Made by a program: the position numbers and the translations under genes. This document shows, in pieces, positions 1 to 9,844 of a stretch of DNA of 52,865 nucleotides (position 1 is its first letter; every line of letters begins with the position of its first letter). The notes beneath the pieces are model-generated. The model was not told the origin of the DNA. It made no database searches and saw only the letters and a list, made by a program, of their open reading frames with translations. The DNA is from Candidatus Avimicrobium faecavium (GTDB lineage: Bacteria > Bacillota > Clostridia > Oscillospirales > Ruminococcaceae): positions 1 to 52,865 of the forward strand of contig CAJFQR010000001.1 in NCBI GenBank assembly GCA_904419105.1, read 5' to 3'.

Positions 1-17
1 GGTGCTTTTCCCGTAGG

Positions 18-53
18 CAATATATGAACAATTAAGCATATATTGAATATAAT
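18..53 (+). promoter_or_regulatory. Inverted-repeat operator (ArsR/SmtB/CzrA-like) adjacent to the -10 box of the metal ATPase promoter
   Basis: CAATATATG-N10-CATATATTG at 18-45 with a TGAACAA core; TATAAT at 48-53; lies upstream of a P1B ATPase. Confidence 0.65.
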
Positions 54-98
54 CCAAAAATACCCCGGCACCCATCCCGCCGGGAAGGAGGGATTCCC

Positions 99-1985
99 GT
101 GAACAAAAAGCAGAAAAAGATGCTGGCCCGCATCATCATCGCCGCGGTGCTGATGGTGGCGCTCCACTTTGTGCCGGCCACCGGGCTGGTCCGGTTCGGC
201 CTGTACATGGTGCCCTATCTGATCATCGGCTATGACATCCTGCGCAAGGCGGCGCTGGGCATCTACAACCGGCAGGTGTTCGATGAGAACTTCCTGATGG
301 CGGTGGCCACCGTCGGCGCCATCGCGCTGGGGCTCACCGGCGACGGCGACTACACCGAGGCCATCGCCGTCATGCTCTTCTACCAGATCGGCGAGTGGTT
401 CCAGTCCTACGCCGTCGGCAAGAGCCGCCGCAACATCTCCGACCTGATGGACATCCGCCCGGACTACGCCAACATCGAGGTGGACGGCAGGCTGGAACAG
501 GTGGACCCGGACGAGGTGGAGGTGGGCACCCTCATCGTGGTACAGCCCGGGGAGAAGGTGCCGATCGACGGCATCGTCGAGCGGGGCTTCTCGACGCTGG
601 ATACCGCCGCCCTCACCGGGGAGAGCGTGCCCCGGGAGGTGGGCGAAGGGGACGAGATCATCTCCGGCTGCATCAACCTGTCCGGCCTGCTGCACATCCG
701 CACCACCAGGGAGTTCGGTGAATCCACCGTCTCCAAGATCCTCGACCTGGTGGAGAACGCCTCCTCCCGCAAGAGCCGCGCCGAGGCCTTTATCTCCCGG
801 TTTGCCCGGGTGTATACCCCGGCGGTGTGCTATTCGGCGCTGGCGCTGGCGGTGCTGCCGCCGCTGGTGCGCCAGCTTATCCTCGGCGTCCCGGCGGACT
901 GGGGCACCTGGGTGTACCGGGCGCTCACCTTCCTTGTCATCAGCTGCCCCTGTGCGCTGGTGATCTCGATCCCGCTGTCCTTCTTCGCCGGCATCGGCGG
1001 CGCCTCGAAGGAGGGTGTGCTGGTCAAGGGCTCCAACTACCTCGAGACCCTCTCCAAGACCCGGTATGTGGTCTTTGACAAGACCGGCACCCTGACCCAG
1101 GGCGTCTTTGAGGTGGCGGGGATCCACCACAGCACCATGGACCAGGCCAAGCTGCTTGAGCTGGCCGCCCTGGCGGAGAGCGCCTCCTCCCATCCGATCT
1201 CCAAGAGCCTCCAGAGGGCCCACGGCGCCGAACTGGACCGCAACCGGGTGGGGAACATCACCGAGCAGAGCGGCGAGGGGGTCATCGCCGAGGTGGACGG
1301 CAGGACCGTGGCCGCCGGCAACGCCAAGCTGATGCGCCGCCTCGGGGTGGAGTATGTGGACTGCCGCAGCGTCGGCACCGTGGTCCATGTGGCCATTGAC
1401 GGCCGGTACGCCGGGCACATCCTCATCTCGGACAAGGTCAAGCCGGGCAGTGCCGAGGCCATCCGGGCGCTGCACCGGGCCGGCGTGAAAAAGACCATCA
1501 TGCTCACCGGCGATGCCGAACCGGTGGCCAAGGAGGTGGCCGGGAGCCTGGGCATCGACGAGTTCCACGCCGGGCTGCTGCCCGGGGACAAGGTGGCCAA
1601 GGTGGAGGAGCTCCTTGCGGCCAAGGACAGCCCGAAGGAGGCGCTGGCCTTTGTCGGGGACGGCATCAACGACGCGCCGGTGCTCTCCCGGGCGGACATC
1701 GGCATCGCGATGGGGGCCATGGGCTCCGATGCGGCCATCGAGGCGGCGGACATCGTCCTGATGGACGACGACCCGCGCAAGATCGCCAAGGCCATCGCCA
1801 TCTCCCGCAAGTGCCTGCGCATCGTCCACCAGAACATCGTCTTTGCCATCGGCATCAAGATCGCCTGCCTGCTGCTGACGGCGGTGGGCGTGGCCAATAT
1901 GTGGCTGGGCATCTTCGCCGATGTGGGCGTGATGGTGCTGGCGGTACTCAACGCCATCCGCGCGATGTTTGTGAAGAAGCTGTAA
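99..1985 (+). CDS. cadA: Heavy-metal (Cd/Zn/Co) translocating P1B-type ATPase
   Basis: TGES, SCPC, DKTGTLT, HP and GDGINDAP motifs; GGAGG RBS before GTG. Confidence 0.93.
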   Translation: MNKKQKKMLARIIIAAVLMVALHFVPATGLVRFGLYMVPYLIIGYDILRKAALGIYNRQVFDENFLMAVATVGAIALGLTGDGDYTEAIAVMLFYQIGEWFQSYAVGKSRRNISDLMDIRPDYANIEVDGRLEQVDPDEVEVGTLIVVQPGEKVPIDGIVERGFSTLDTAALTGESVPREVGEGDEIISGCINLSGLLHIRTTREFGESTVSKILDLVENASSRKSRAEAFISRFARVYTPAVCYSALALAVLPPLVRQLILGVPADWGTWVYRALTFLVISCPCALVISIPLSFFAGIGGASKEGVLVKGSNYLETLSKTRYVVFDKTGTLTQGVFEVAGIHHSTMDQAKLLELAALAESASSHPISKSLQRAHGAELDRNRVGNITEQSGEGVIAEVDGRTVAAGNAKLMRRLGVEYVDCRSVGTVVHVAIDGRYAGHILISDKVKPGSAEAIRALHRAGVKKTIMLTGDAEPVAKEVAGSLGIDEFHAGLLPGDKVAKVEELLAAKDSPKEALAFVGDGINDAPVLSRADIGIAMGAMGSDAAIEAADIVLMDDDPRKIAKAIAISRKCLRIVHQNIVFAIGIKIACLLLTAVGVANMWLGIFADVGVMVLAVLNAIRAMFVKKL

Positions 1986-2029
1986 GGAAATCTTCTCTAT
2001 CCGGAAGCATCGGAAGCAGAAAAGAAAAC

Positions 2030-2066
2030 GAAAATCCGGCAGGCGCTCGCCATCTGCCGGATTTTC
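2030..2066 (+). terminator. Hairpin, probable intrinsic terminator after the ATPase
   Basis: GAAAATCCGGCAG...CTGCCGGATTTTC. Confidence 0.6.
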
Positions 2067-2105
2067 CGCTATAATAAAAGGAAAGCCACACAGGAGGACT
2101 GTGCT

Positions 2106-2417
2106 GTGAAAAAAGTGAAGATTACAATTATCAAAAAATATTACGACACCGAGCTGGCGGAAAAGTATGCCATCCCGGCGCTGGGCATCTGCCCGGTGCA
2201 TCAGGTTGGGGAAAGCTTTCTGTCAGTGGACGGACGGCAGCCGGAGGGCCTCTGCGACTTTGCCTGGCTGCCGATTCGGGAGTGCGTGGGCCAGCTGGCC
2301 CGTGGAGAGCTGATTCAGCCCAGCGGCACCTGGCTGCGGGATGACAGCAAGGGGGTATTTGCCTGTGTGGACGGCGTGCGGCCGGTGATCATGCTGGTGG
2401 AGGCTATGGAAGACTGA
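2106..2417 (+). CDS. TIGR04076-like small Cys-containing protein
   Basis: MKKVKITI start, CP, GLCDFAW and CVDGVRPVI motifs; AGGAGG RBS. Confidence 0.75.
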   Translation: MKKVKITIIKKYYDTELAEKYAIPALGICPVHQVGESFLSVDGRQPEGLCDFAWLPIRECVGQLARGELIQPSGTWLRDDSKGVFACVDGVRPVIMLVEAMED

Positions 2418-2445
2418 TGTTCCGGAACAGAGGAGGGCAGAGCCT

Positions 2446-2817
2446 ATGTCATTTCAAAGCGTACCGGACGGCGGGGGGATCACCCCCGAGCGTATGATGC
2501 GGGAGATGCCGGATACCGCCGAGATCCAGAGCGTAGCCGATGCGTTCCGGCAGCTTGGGGACAGCACCCGGCTGCGGATCTTCTGGGTGCTGTGCCATCT
2601 GGAGGCGAGCGTGAGCGGTCTGGCGGAGCTGGTGGGCATGACCAGCCCGGCGGTGAGCCATCACCTGCGCCTGCTCAAAAACGCCGGCCTGGTGGAGAGC
2701 ACCCGTTCCGGCAAGGAGATGCTCTACCGGGCGGCGGACACCGAGCTGGCCCGGGTGCTGCACCACACGGTGGAGCGCCTGGCGGCCATTACCTGCCCGG
2801 AGGAGGAGGCCCGATGA
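2446..2817 (+). CDS. ArsR/SmtB family transcriptional regulator
   Basis: LGDSTRLRIF...AVSHHLRLLKNAGLV...GKEMLY winged-helix pattern. Confidence 0.9.
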   Translation: MSFQSVPDGGGITPERMMREMPDTAEIQSVADAFRQLGDSTRLRIFWVLCHLEASVSGLAELVGMTSPAVSHHLRLLKNAGLVESTRSGKEMLYRAADTELARVLHHTVERLAAITCPEEEAR

Positions 2818-3770
2818 CCCCGCAGGAGGGCCGGGCCCTGCTGGAACGGGTGCCGGAGGGGCAGTGCCTCACCGTGGGGCCGGAGGGGGAGCGGCTCCGC
2901 CCGCTGGACGGGGCCGGCCGCTGTGCCGAATGGGTTGTCCCCCTCACCCGCTGGGCCGGGCTGCGCTGGTGCTGGTATGCGGGCGCCGGCTTTTGCACCC
3001 GGCACCCGCCGGACGCCGGGACGCTGGCGGTGAGCCTTGGGCTGGAGGGGCGGCTGGGCTGGCAGATGGGGGACGGCACCGGGCTCTACCTCGGCCCCGG
3101 GGAGCTGGTGGCCCGCGGGAGGGACTGCTGTGCCGTGTCCCGGTTCTCGCTGCCGCTGGGCTGGTATGCCGGGCTGGACTTCTCGGTGGATCTGGAGGGC
3201 CTTGATGAAAACCTCCCGCCGGCGCTGGCCGCCGCCGGCATCACCGGGGCGGCGCTGCGGGAGAAGCTGGGCTCCGGCTGCCGCCCGCTGACCCTCCCCG
3301 CCTCGGAGGAGCTGCGGCGCATCGGCGGGGCCCTCGCCCAGGCGGAAGAGGGGCGGCTGGTGCCGCTGGCCATCGTCAGGCTGGAGGAGCTGCTGCTGCT
3401 CCTCTGGGAGACGGAGCCCGGCAGCCACCCGGCGGACCGCTGGCCCCGGGAGCAGGTGCGGGCGGTGGCGGCGGTGCACGACACCCTCACCGCCGACCTG
3501 CGCCGGTGGTACACCATCGAACAGCTGGCCCGGCAGCACCTGATCAACACCTCGGCGCTGAAGGCGGTGTTCAAGGGGGTGTACGGCCAGCCGGTGGCGG
3601 CGTATATGCGGGAGTACCGGATGCACGAGGCCGCCCGCCAGCTCCGGGAGACCGACCGCACGGTGGCGGAGATCGCCGCGGCGGTGGGGTATGAGAGCCA
3701 GGGGAAGTTTGCCCGGGTGTTCCGGGAGGTACTGGGCGTCACGCCGACCGAGTACCGAAGAGGAAAATAG
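2814..3770 (+). CDS. AraC family transcriptional regulator
   Basis: C-terminal double HTH (TIEQLAR...VAEIAAAVGYESQGKFARVFREVLGVTPTEYR); ATGA overlap with the ArsR stop sets the start at 2814. Confidence 0.88.
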   Translation: MTPQEGRALLERVPEGQCLTVGPEGERLRPLDGAGRCAEWVVPLTRWAGLRWCWYAGAGFCTRHPPDAGTLAVSLGLEGRLGWQMGDGTGLYLGPGELVARGRDCCAVSRFSLPLGWYAGLDFSVDLEGLDENLPPALAAAGITGAALREKLGSGCRPLTLPASEELRRIGGALAQAEEGRLVPLAIVRLEELLLLLWETEPGSHPADRWPREQVRAVAAVHDTLTADLRRWYTIEQLARQHLINTSALKAVFKGVYGQPVAAYMREYRMHEAARQLRETDRTVAEIAAAVGYESQGKFARVFREVLGVTPTEYRRGK

Positions 3771-3802
3771 AAAAAGAGCCGGAGGCAGCCAGCCCCGGCA
3801 TC

Positions 3803-3842
3803 AAAAAACGGCCCCGGGCATCGGGGCCGTTTCCTGTTTTTT
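3803..3842. terminator. Bidirectional terminator between convergent genes
   Basis: AAACGGCCCC...GGGGCCGTTT flanked by A and T tracts. Confidence 0.7.
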
Positions 3843-3873
3843 CGGGGCCTGGCGGAGGCGGCTTTCGCTCTGC

Positions 3874-5076
3874 CTATCCCTTTGCCTCGCAGTCCACATC
3901 CGCCGCGCCGGTGTAGCCGTGTTCGGCGGTGATCACACACAGCCACTTCGGGTCGTGCTCCGCCGCCGCCTGGGCCAGCGCCGTCTTGAGCTCCTTCACC
4001 TTCGGGTCCAGCTCCCGGGGCACCACCAGGTCGAACACCACATTGGTGTGGGTCGTGCCCGGGACGATCCGCAGGTCGTGGATGGTCAGCCGGGGGTCCA
4101 GCGCCTTCGCCGCGGCGGAGAGGGTCTCTCTGGCCTCGGCGGTTTCGGCGTCGCCGGTGACCACCGGGTCGTAGTGGATCACCACATGCAGCCCGTCCTC
4201 CTCGAGGAACCGCCGCTCGATCTGGTCGATGGTGTCGTGGCTCTCCAGCACATCGGCACTGGCGGCCATCTCCACATGCAGGCTGGCGAACTGCCGCCCG
4301 GGGCCGTAGTCGTGGACGATCATATCGTGGATGCCCAGCACGCCGGGGTAGCTCAGCGTCACATCGGCGATGTGGTGCACCAGCGCCGGGTCCGGCGCCT
4401 GGCCGAGCAGCGGGGCGATGGAGTCCTGCACCAGCCCCCAGCCGCTCCAGAGGATGAACGCCGCCACCCCGAGCCCGATGAACCCGTCCAGCTGCCAGCC
4501 GAAGGCCATCTGCAGCAGGGTGGCGAGCAGCACCGCCCCGGTGCTGATCACATCGTTGCGGCTGTCGGCGGCGGTGGCCTCCAGGGCCGACGAGGCGATG
4601 AGCCGTCCCACCGTCCGGTTGAAGGCGGCCATCCACAGCTTTACCCCGATGGAGACGGCCAGGATCGCCACCGGCAGCCAGCCGGCCTCGATCGGCGCCG
4701 GGTGCAGGATCTTGCCGATGCTCGAGCGCACCAGCTCCGCGCCGATGAGCAGGATCAGCACGCTCACCGCCAGCCCCGAGAGGTATTCGGTGCGGCCGTG
4801 GCCGTAGGGGTGCTCGTCGTCGGCGGGCCGGGCCGCGATGCGGAAGCCCAGCAGGGTGATCACGCTGCTCGACGCGTCGGACAGGTTGTTCACCGCGTCG
4901 GCGGAGATGGCCACGCTCCCGGTCACCATCCCGGCAAAGAACTTGAAGGCGCACAGCAGCGCATTGCACAGGATCCCCACCGCCCCGGCCAGGTTGCCGG
5001 CACGGGTGCGCCCGGCGGGGGTGTCCAGGCCGGCCGGGTACCCCGGCACGAACCGCTTCAGGAGAAGTTCCGTCAT
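3874..5076 (-). CDS. Cation diffusion facilitator (FieF-like) transporter
   Basis: ADAVNNLSD, HPYGHGR, DSRND and IHDMIVHDYGP motifs; start MTELLL overlaps the methyltransferase stop. Confidence 0.9.
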   Translation of the reverse strand: MTELLLKRFVPGYPAGLDTPAGRTRAGNLAGAVGILCNALLCAFKFFAGMVTGSVAISADAVNNLSDASSSVITLLGFRIAARPADDEHPYGHGRTEYLSGLAVSVLILLIGAELVRSSIGKILHPAPIEAGWLPVAILAVSIGVKLWMAAFNRTVGRLIASSALEATAADSRNDVISTGAVLLATLLQMAFGWQLDGFIGLGVAAFILWSGWGLVQDSIAPLLGQAPDPALVHHIADVTLSYPGVLGIHDMIVHDYGPGRQFASLHVEMAASADVLESHDTIDQIERRFLEEDGLHVVIHYDPVVTGDAETAEARETLSAAAKALDPRLTIHDLRIVPGTTHTNVVFDLVVPRELDPKVKELKTALAQAAAEHDPKWLCVITAEHGYTGAADVDCEAKG

Positions 5077-5810
5077 CGTGCCGCCCCCTTCCGTGCCCGG
5101 ACCAGGAGCATCATCGGGCGGCGCATCTCGTCCCGCATCCCCGGCAGGTCCAGCCAGGCCGGGTCGGGGGCGCCCTCCACCACCGCCTCCAGCACAAAGC
5201 CCGCTTCGATCAGCCCCATCAGGATCTGGGTCAGCGTGTGGTGGTACTTTTTCACCGGGAAACCGAGAAAGTCGGTGACCCGCTCCCCGGGGTAGTAGTA
5301 GTCGTCCACCGGCCAGTAGAGGGCCCGGCCGGCCGCATCGGTGATCCACTCCTCCCGGACGCCGGCGGTGTAGGTCGGGTGCTCGATGTTGAAGAGGAAC
5401 ACGCCCCCCTCCCGCAGCGCCCGGTGGACGCCCCGGTAGACCTCGTCCAGGTCCTCGACATAGTGCAGCGCCAGGTTGGACACCACCAGGTCGTAGGCTT
5501 CCTCTGGGAAGGGGTACCCCTCGATGGCCGCCACCCGGTAGGTGATGGCCGGGTGGGGGTTCTTCTCCTTTGCGGCGGCGATCATCGCCTCGCTCAGGTC
5601 CACCCCCAGCACCGACCGGGCCCCGTGGTCGGCGGCGTAGCGGCAGTGCCAGCCGTAGCCGCAGCCCAGGTCCAGCACATCGCAGCCCTCCATCTCCGGG
5701 AACAGCGGCGCCAGCAGGTGCCACTCCCCGGCGGAGGCCAGCCCTCCGCGGCTCCGGCCCATGCCGGCGTAGGCGGCGAAGAACGCCGGATCATCGTAGA
5801 CAGTTGCCAA
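5073..5810 (-). CDS. Class I SAM-dependent methyltransferase
   Basis: VLDLGCGYG motif I, GVDLS, YDLVVSNLALHY; TTG start after GAGGAG. Confidence 0.88.
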   Translation of the reverse strand: MATVYDDPAFFAAYAGMGRSRGGLASAGEWHLLAPLFPEMEGCDVLDLGCGYGWHCRYAADHGARSVLGVDLSEAMIAAAKEKNPHPAITYRVAAIEGYPFPEEAYDLVVSNLALHYVEDLDEVYRGVHRALREGGVFLFNIEHPTYTAGVREEWITDAAGRALYWPVDDYYYPGERVTDFLGFPVKKYHHTLTQILMGLIEAGFVLEAVVEGAPDPAWLDLPGMRDEMRRPMMLLVRARKGAAR

Positions 5811-6000
5811 ACTTCTCCTCTCCTTCTCATAAAAAATGGGGCCCTCCGCCCCGGATACAGTCTATGCCGGCGGCCGCGCGGCCGCCCAAGTCATTGTAAC
5901 ACACCCGCCGCCGGAGGACAAGCCCTTCCCGCCGCCCGAGAGGGCAAAAAAGCCGTCCCCGGCGGGGTGGCCGGAGGCGGCTGGGAGAAGAGGGCGCTTT

Positions 6001-6177
6001 TTACCGCCAGGCGGAGCAGCGGCGCTCGATGTCGGCACACAGCCGGCTGTAATAGGAGAGGTACTCCCTGCGGCGGCGGCAGTCCTCCTGAATGGCGGTG
6101 CGGCGGGCGGCCCAGGCGGGGCAGGATTTGTGGCAGCCGTCGGTGTAGTTGGGGCAGGTGGTGCGGCAGGGCAGCAT
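6001..6177 (-). CDS. Small cysteine-rich hypothetical protein (58 aa), below the ORF-track cutoff
   Basis: Hand translation MLPCRTTCPNYTDGCHKSCPAWAARRTAIQEDCRRRREYLSYYSRLCADIERRCSAWR; AAGGAGG RBS; fills an otherwise empty gap. Confidence 0.75.
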   Translation of the reverse strand: MLPCRTTCPNYTDGCHKSCPAWAARRTAIQEDCRRRREYLSYYSRLCADIERRCSAWR

Positions 6178-6380
6178 GGCGGGATCCTCCTTCGGATCCG
6201 CGGCGGGTCAGGCGCCGCGGCAGGGTGTGCCGCCTGCCCGGACTTCTGTTGCTGTCTCTATCCTACCTCAGCCATATTGCCGGTAAAAGGGCCCTGGGTG
6301 AACAGTAGCGCACATCCGCCCATTGCCAGCGGGCCGCCGCCGTGGTATGATAGGGGGACAGACAGAGAGGATGTGTCACG

Positions 6381-7721
6381 ATGAAAAAGGCGGGCGTCCG
6401 GGAGCTGATCCCGGTGGCAAGCATGTTGTTCGGTATGTTCTTTGGGGCGGGGAACCTGATCTTCCCGGCGTCGATGGGCCAGATGGCCGGGGAGAACTTT
6501 TTGCAGGCGGCGGCGGGCTTTCTGATCACGGGGGTCGGGCTGCCGCTGCTCGGCGTGGCGGCGCTGGGCATCAGCCGGGAGAGCGGCCTGCTGGGCCTCT
6601 CCAGCCGGGTCGGGCGGGGGTACGGGCTCTTCTTCACCTGCGCGCTCTACCTCACCATCGGGCCGCTGTTCGCCATCCCGCGGTGCGCCACCGTCTCCTA
6701 CACGGTGGGCATCGAGGCGCTGCTGCCCGGCGTTCCGGCCCAGCTGGCGCTGGCGGTGTTCTCCGGGGTGTTCTTCCTGGCGGTGCTCTTCTTTGCGCTG
6801 CGCCCGGGGGAGATCCTCACCTGGGTGGGCAAGGTGCTCACCCCGCTGTTCCTGCTCTTTCTTGGGGTGCTGGTGGTGCGGGCCCTCACCGCGCCGCTGG
6901 CCTCCCCGTTTGACATCGCTCCCACCGGGGCCTATGCGGACGCCGCCTTTGCCACCGGGCTGCTCGAGGGCTACAACACGATGGACGCCCTGGCCGGGCT
7001 GGCCTTTGGCATCGTGGTGGTGGATGTGGTGCGCTCGCTGGGCATCGAGGACCCGGCGGAGGTGGCCCGCTCCACCGTCAAGGCCGGGGTGTTCAGCTCG
7101 CTGCTGATGGCCGCCATCTACCTGCTGGTGACGCTGGTGGGCGCCGAGAGCCGGGGCCTGTTCCCGGTGGCTGCCAACGGCGGCGAGGCCCTGTCCCGGA
7201 TCGCCGGGCACTACTTCGGCGCCGCCGGGGCGGTGATCCTGGCCGGCACCGTGACGCTGGCCTGCCTCAAGACCGCCGTGGGCCTTATCACCTCCTGCGC
7301 CGACACCTTCCACGCCCTCTGGCCCCAGGGGCCGTCCTACCGGGTGTGGGCGGCGGGCTTCTGCGGGGTCAGCTTCCTGCTGGCCAACCTCGGGCTGGAC
7401 GCCATCATCGCCTACTCGGTGCCGGTGCTCATGTTCCTCTACCCGCTGGCCATTGTGCTGATCCTGCTCACCCTCTGCGGCCGCCTCTTCGGGGACGACC
7501 CGGCGGTGCCGCGCTGGACCATGGGCTTTACGCTGGCGGCGGCGGTGCTTGAGCTGCTGCGCAGCCTGCCCGCCCCGGCGCTGGAGGCGCTGCACCTGAC
7601 TACCCTCACCGGGACGGTCACCGGGCTGCTGCCGCTGGCGGAGCTCGGCTTCGGGTGGGTGCTGCCGGCTGCGGCGGGCCTTGCCGTCGGGCTGCTGCGC
7701 CGCCGTGCCGCCCGCCCCTGA
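6381..7721 (+). CDS. brnQ: Branched-chain amino acid transport system II carrier
   Basis: MLFGMFFGAGNLIFP, IGPLFAIPR, GYNTMDALA and ACLKTAVGL motifs. Confidence 0.93.
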   Translation: MKKAGVRELIPVASMLFGMFFGAGNLIFPASMGQMAGENFLQAAAGFLITGVGLPLLGVAALGISRESGLLGLSSRVGRGYGLFFTCALYLTIGPLFAIPRCATVSYTVGIEALLPGVPAQLALAVFSGVFFLAVLFFALRPGEILTWVGKVLTPLFLLFLGVLVVRALTAPLASPFDIAPTGAYADAAFATGLLEGYNTMDALAGLAFGIVVVDVVRSLGIEDPAEVARSTVKAGVFSSLLMAAIYLLVTLVGAESRGLFPVAANGGEALSRIAGHYFGAAGAVILAGTVTLACLKTAVGLITSCADTFHALWPQGPSYRVWAAGFCGVSFLLANLGLDAIIAYSVPVLMFLYPLAIVLILLTLCGRLFGDDPAVPRWTMGFTLAAAVLELLRSLPAPALEALHLTTLTGTVTGLLPLAELGFGWVLPAAAGLAVGLLRRRAARP

Positions 7722-7734
7722 ATCAATCCGAAGG

Positions 7735-7761
7735 AAAAAGGCCCCAACCGGGGCCTTTTTT
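7735..7761 (+). terminator. Intrinsic terminator after brnQ
   Basis: AAAAAGGCCCC-aacc-GGGGCCTTTTTT. Confidence 0.8.
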
Positions 7762-8195
7762 GTGTCCCAAGGAGGCTGGCGTTTTCGCCAGAATAATACC
7801 GACCCATTTGTGCTAAACGCTGAAATTAAAGTCCGAAGATGGCGGGATTGCTTGCTTATCCTGCAAAAAATACTTCTACGCGCAAGGATTGTGCCGGTTT
7901 TTTCGTGAAAGTAACCAGGTAAAGCGGCAAAAATTCAGTAGGATAAACCAAAAAACTTCTCCACTTTTCCACATGAAATCGAAGGCGGCCGGTCTCTGCA
8001 GAAAACCGTTGTTAAAACCGCCAAATCGTGAGGAAGCGTTTAAGGAAATTTGACGGTTTTGTGAATAGAGCCTTGTTTGGGGTTCTGAATTCTGTTATAG
8101 TGAAGATGGTCCAGCGGAGCAGGGGATTCTGCCCGCTGCTTTTTCGGGGTCCGGTGTGCCGGGCCCGGTATATCTTTTCTAAAGGAGGAATTCGC

Positions 8196-9557
8196 ATGTC
8201 TACTGAAAGACAGGAAGCCAAACTCAAGCGAAACCTTGGCTTCTGGCCCCTGATGGGTATCGCCTACGGGCAGATCATCGGTGCGGGCATCGTTACCAAC
8301 ACCGGTATCGCCATCGGCATGACCGGCACCGGTGTCGTGCTGGCCTACATCATCTCGGCTATCTGCACCACCTTCACCAGCTTCCCGTCCGCGATCCTGA
8401 GCGCGGCGGTGCCGGTTACCGGTGGTAACTACCGCTACATCAGCCGTCTGATGGACAAGAGATGGGGTTTTGTCTACCTGGTGACCTACTTCATCTCGAA
8501 CATGACCATTGCTCTCTATGCCCTGAGCTGTGCCTCTTATCTGGGGGCCTTCATCACCGGCATCAGCCAGAACATCATCGCCATCTGCCTGCTGCTGGTG
8601 TTCTTCTTCATCAACATGGTCGGCACCAAGGAGTCGGCGCTGGTCACCACCGGCATGACGCTGCTGCTCCTTCTGGGCATGGCGCTGTTCATCTTCTACG
8701 GCCTGCCGAAGACCGACATCGCCTATGTCTTTGATCCCTCGAACCTGATGGCCAATGGCCCGGTCAGCCTGCTGTCCTCCATTGCTCTGCTGTCCTTTGC
8801 CACCGGCGGCGCCACCGTTGTCGTCAACTACGGCGCTGAGGCCATCGACCCGGCAAAGAATATGCCCCGCATCATCTTCATCTCCACCATCACCGTCGGT
8901 ATCATGTACGCGATGGTTGCGATGGTAGCCTCCGGCGTGCTGCCCATCGAGCAGGTTGCCGACCAGAACCTGTCGCTGGTAGCGCAGGAGGTTATGCCCG
9001 GCTGGGCCTTCGTCTACTTCACCCTGGCCGCCGGCGCCGGCGCCACCGCCAAGATGCTCAATGTAACCCTGTCCTGGATTGCCAAGCCCCTGCTGGTTGC
9101 CTGCGACGACGGCGTCCTGCCGAAGAGCCTGGGCACCGTAAACAAGCGCGGCGTGCCTTACAAGCTGCTGACCATGTTCCTGTTCATCGGCCTGATCCCG
9201 CTGCTGATGGGGCTGGACATCTCCTTCATCTCGACGATGGGCACTGCCATCTCGCTGGTATCCACCGTTATGTTCTCGGTTGCTTTCCTCAACCTGCCGA
9301 AGAAGTACCCCGAGGCCTACAGCCGCTCGACCCTGAAGGTTTCCGACACCATGCTCAAGGTCTTTGGCTGGGGCAGCGTGGTGCTGAACCTGGTGTTCTC
9401 CTTCTCGCTGGTGCTTGAGCTGCCGATGACCGCCGTCATCGCCTTCCTGGTGGTAATGGCTGTCTCGATCCTCTATGCGTTGAAGTCCAAGCGGCTGGAA
9501 GCCATCACCATTCCCGATGACCTGGATATCCAGTACAACGACGCGAATGTGAAATAA
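8196..9557 (+). CDS. APC family amino-acid permease, paralogue A1
   Basis: IIGAGI TM1 motif, GGxY, about 12 hydrophobic segments; AAAGGAGG RBS before ATG 8196. Confidence 0.88.
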   Translation: MSTERQEAKLKRNLGFWPLMGIAYGQIIGAGIVTNTGIAIGMTGTGVVLAYIISAICTTFTSFPSAILSAAVPVTGGNYRYISRLMDKRWGFVYLVTYFISNMTIALYALSCASYLGAFITGISQNIIAICLLLVFFFINMVGTKESALVTTGMTLLLLLGMALFIFYGLPKTDIAYVFDPSNLMANGPVSLLSSIALLSFATGGATVVVNYGAEAIDPAKNMPRIIFISTITVGIMYAMVAMVASGVLPIEQVADQNLSLVAQEVMPGWAFVYFTLAAGAGATAKMLNVTLSWIAKPLLVACDDGVLPKSLGTVNKRGVPYKLLTMFLFIGLIPLLMGLDISFISTMGTAISLVSTVMFSVAFLNLPKKYPEAYSRSTLKVSDTMLKVFGWGSVVLNLVFSFSLVLELPMTAVIAFLVVMAVSILYALKSKRLEAITIPDDLDIQYNDANVK

Positions 9558-9605
9558 CTCAACCCGCTGAACAACCCGTTCCGTGAAGAGCGGAACCTCT
9601 GTGCG

Positions 9606-9638
9606 GCCGCCCGGAAATCCCTCCGGGCGGTTTTTTTT
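9606..9638 (+). terminator. Intrinsic terminator
   Basis: GCCGCCCGGA...TCCGGGCGGT followed by a T run. Confidence 0.8.
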
Positions 9639-9733
9639 ATGCGGCGGTGTCGGGTTCGGGCGAAGCGAGTGGTTGTTTTGCACAAAAGCTTCTCACATTA
9701 ATCTGACTTGCTCACAAAATTGACATAATTCCC

Positions 9734-9762
9734 TTGCAAAACCCTCCCGTATCTGGTACAGT
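9734..9762 (+). promoter_or_regulatory. SigA-type promoter of the second permease
   Basis: TTGCAA-N17-TACAGT with extended TGn. Confidence 0.55.
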
Positions 9763-9844
9763 AGGGGTAGACAGAGCGGCCCGGGCCCGGCTGCATCTTC
9801 AAACAGCATGTTTGCCAAATACGATGAACAAGGAGGAATCGAGT

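Noticed and set aside
5811-6300. NiCo (czcD) riboswitch upstream of the CDF operon
   Set aside because: GCAACAG and GCAGGC-like words are present but in the wrong order, and no four-way junction is evident
5836-6384. 182-aa Gly/Ala-rich plus-strand ORF
   Set aside because: Better explained as the antisense shadow of the 58-aa Cys-rich gene, which has a strong RBS
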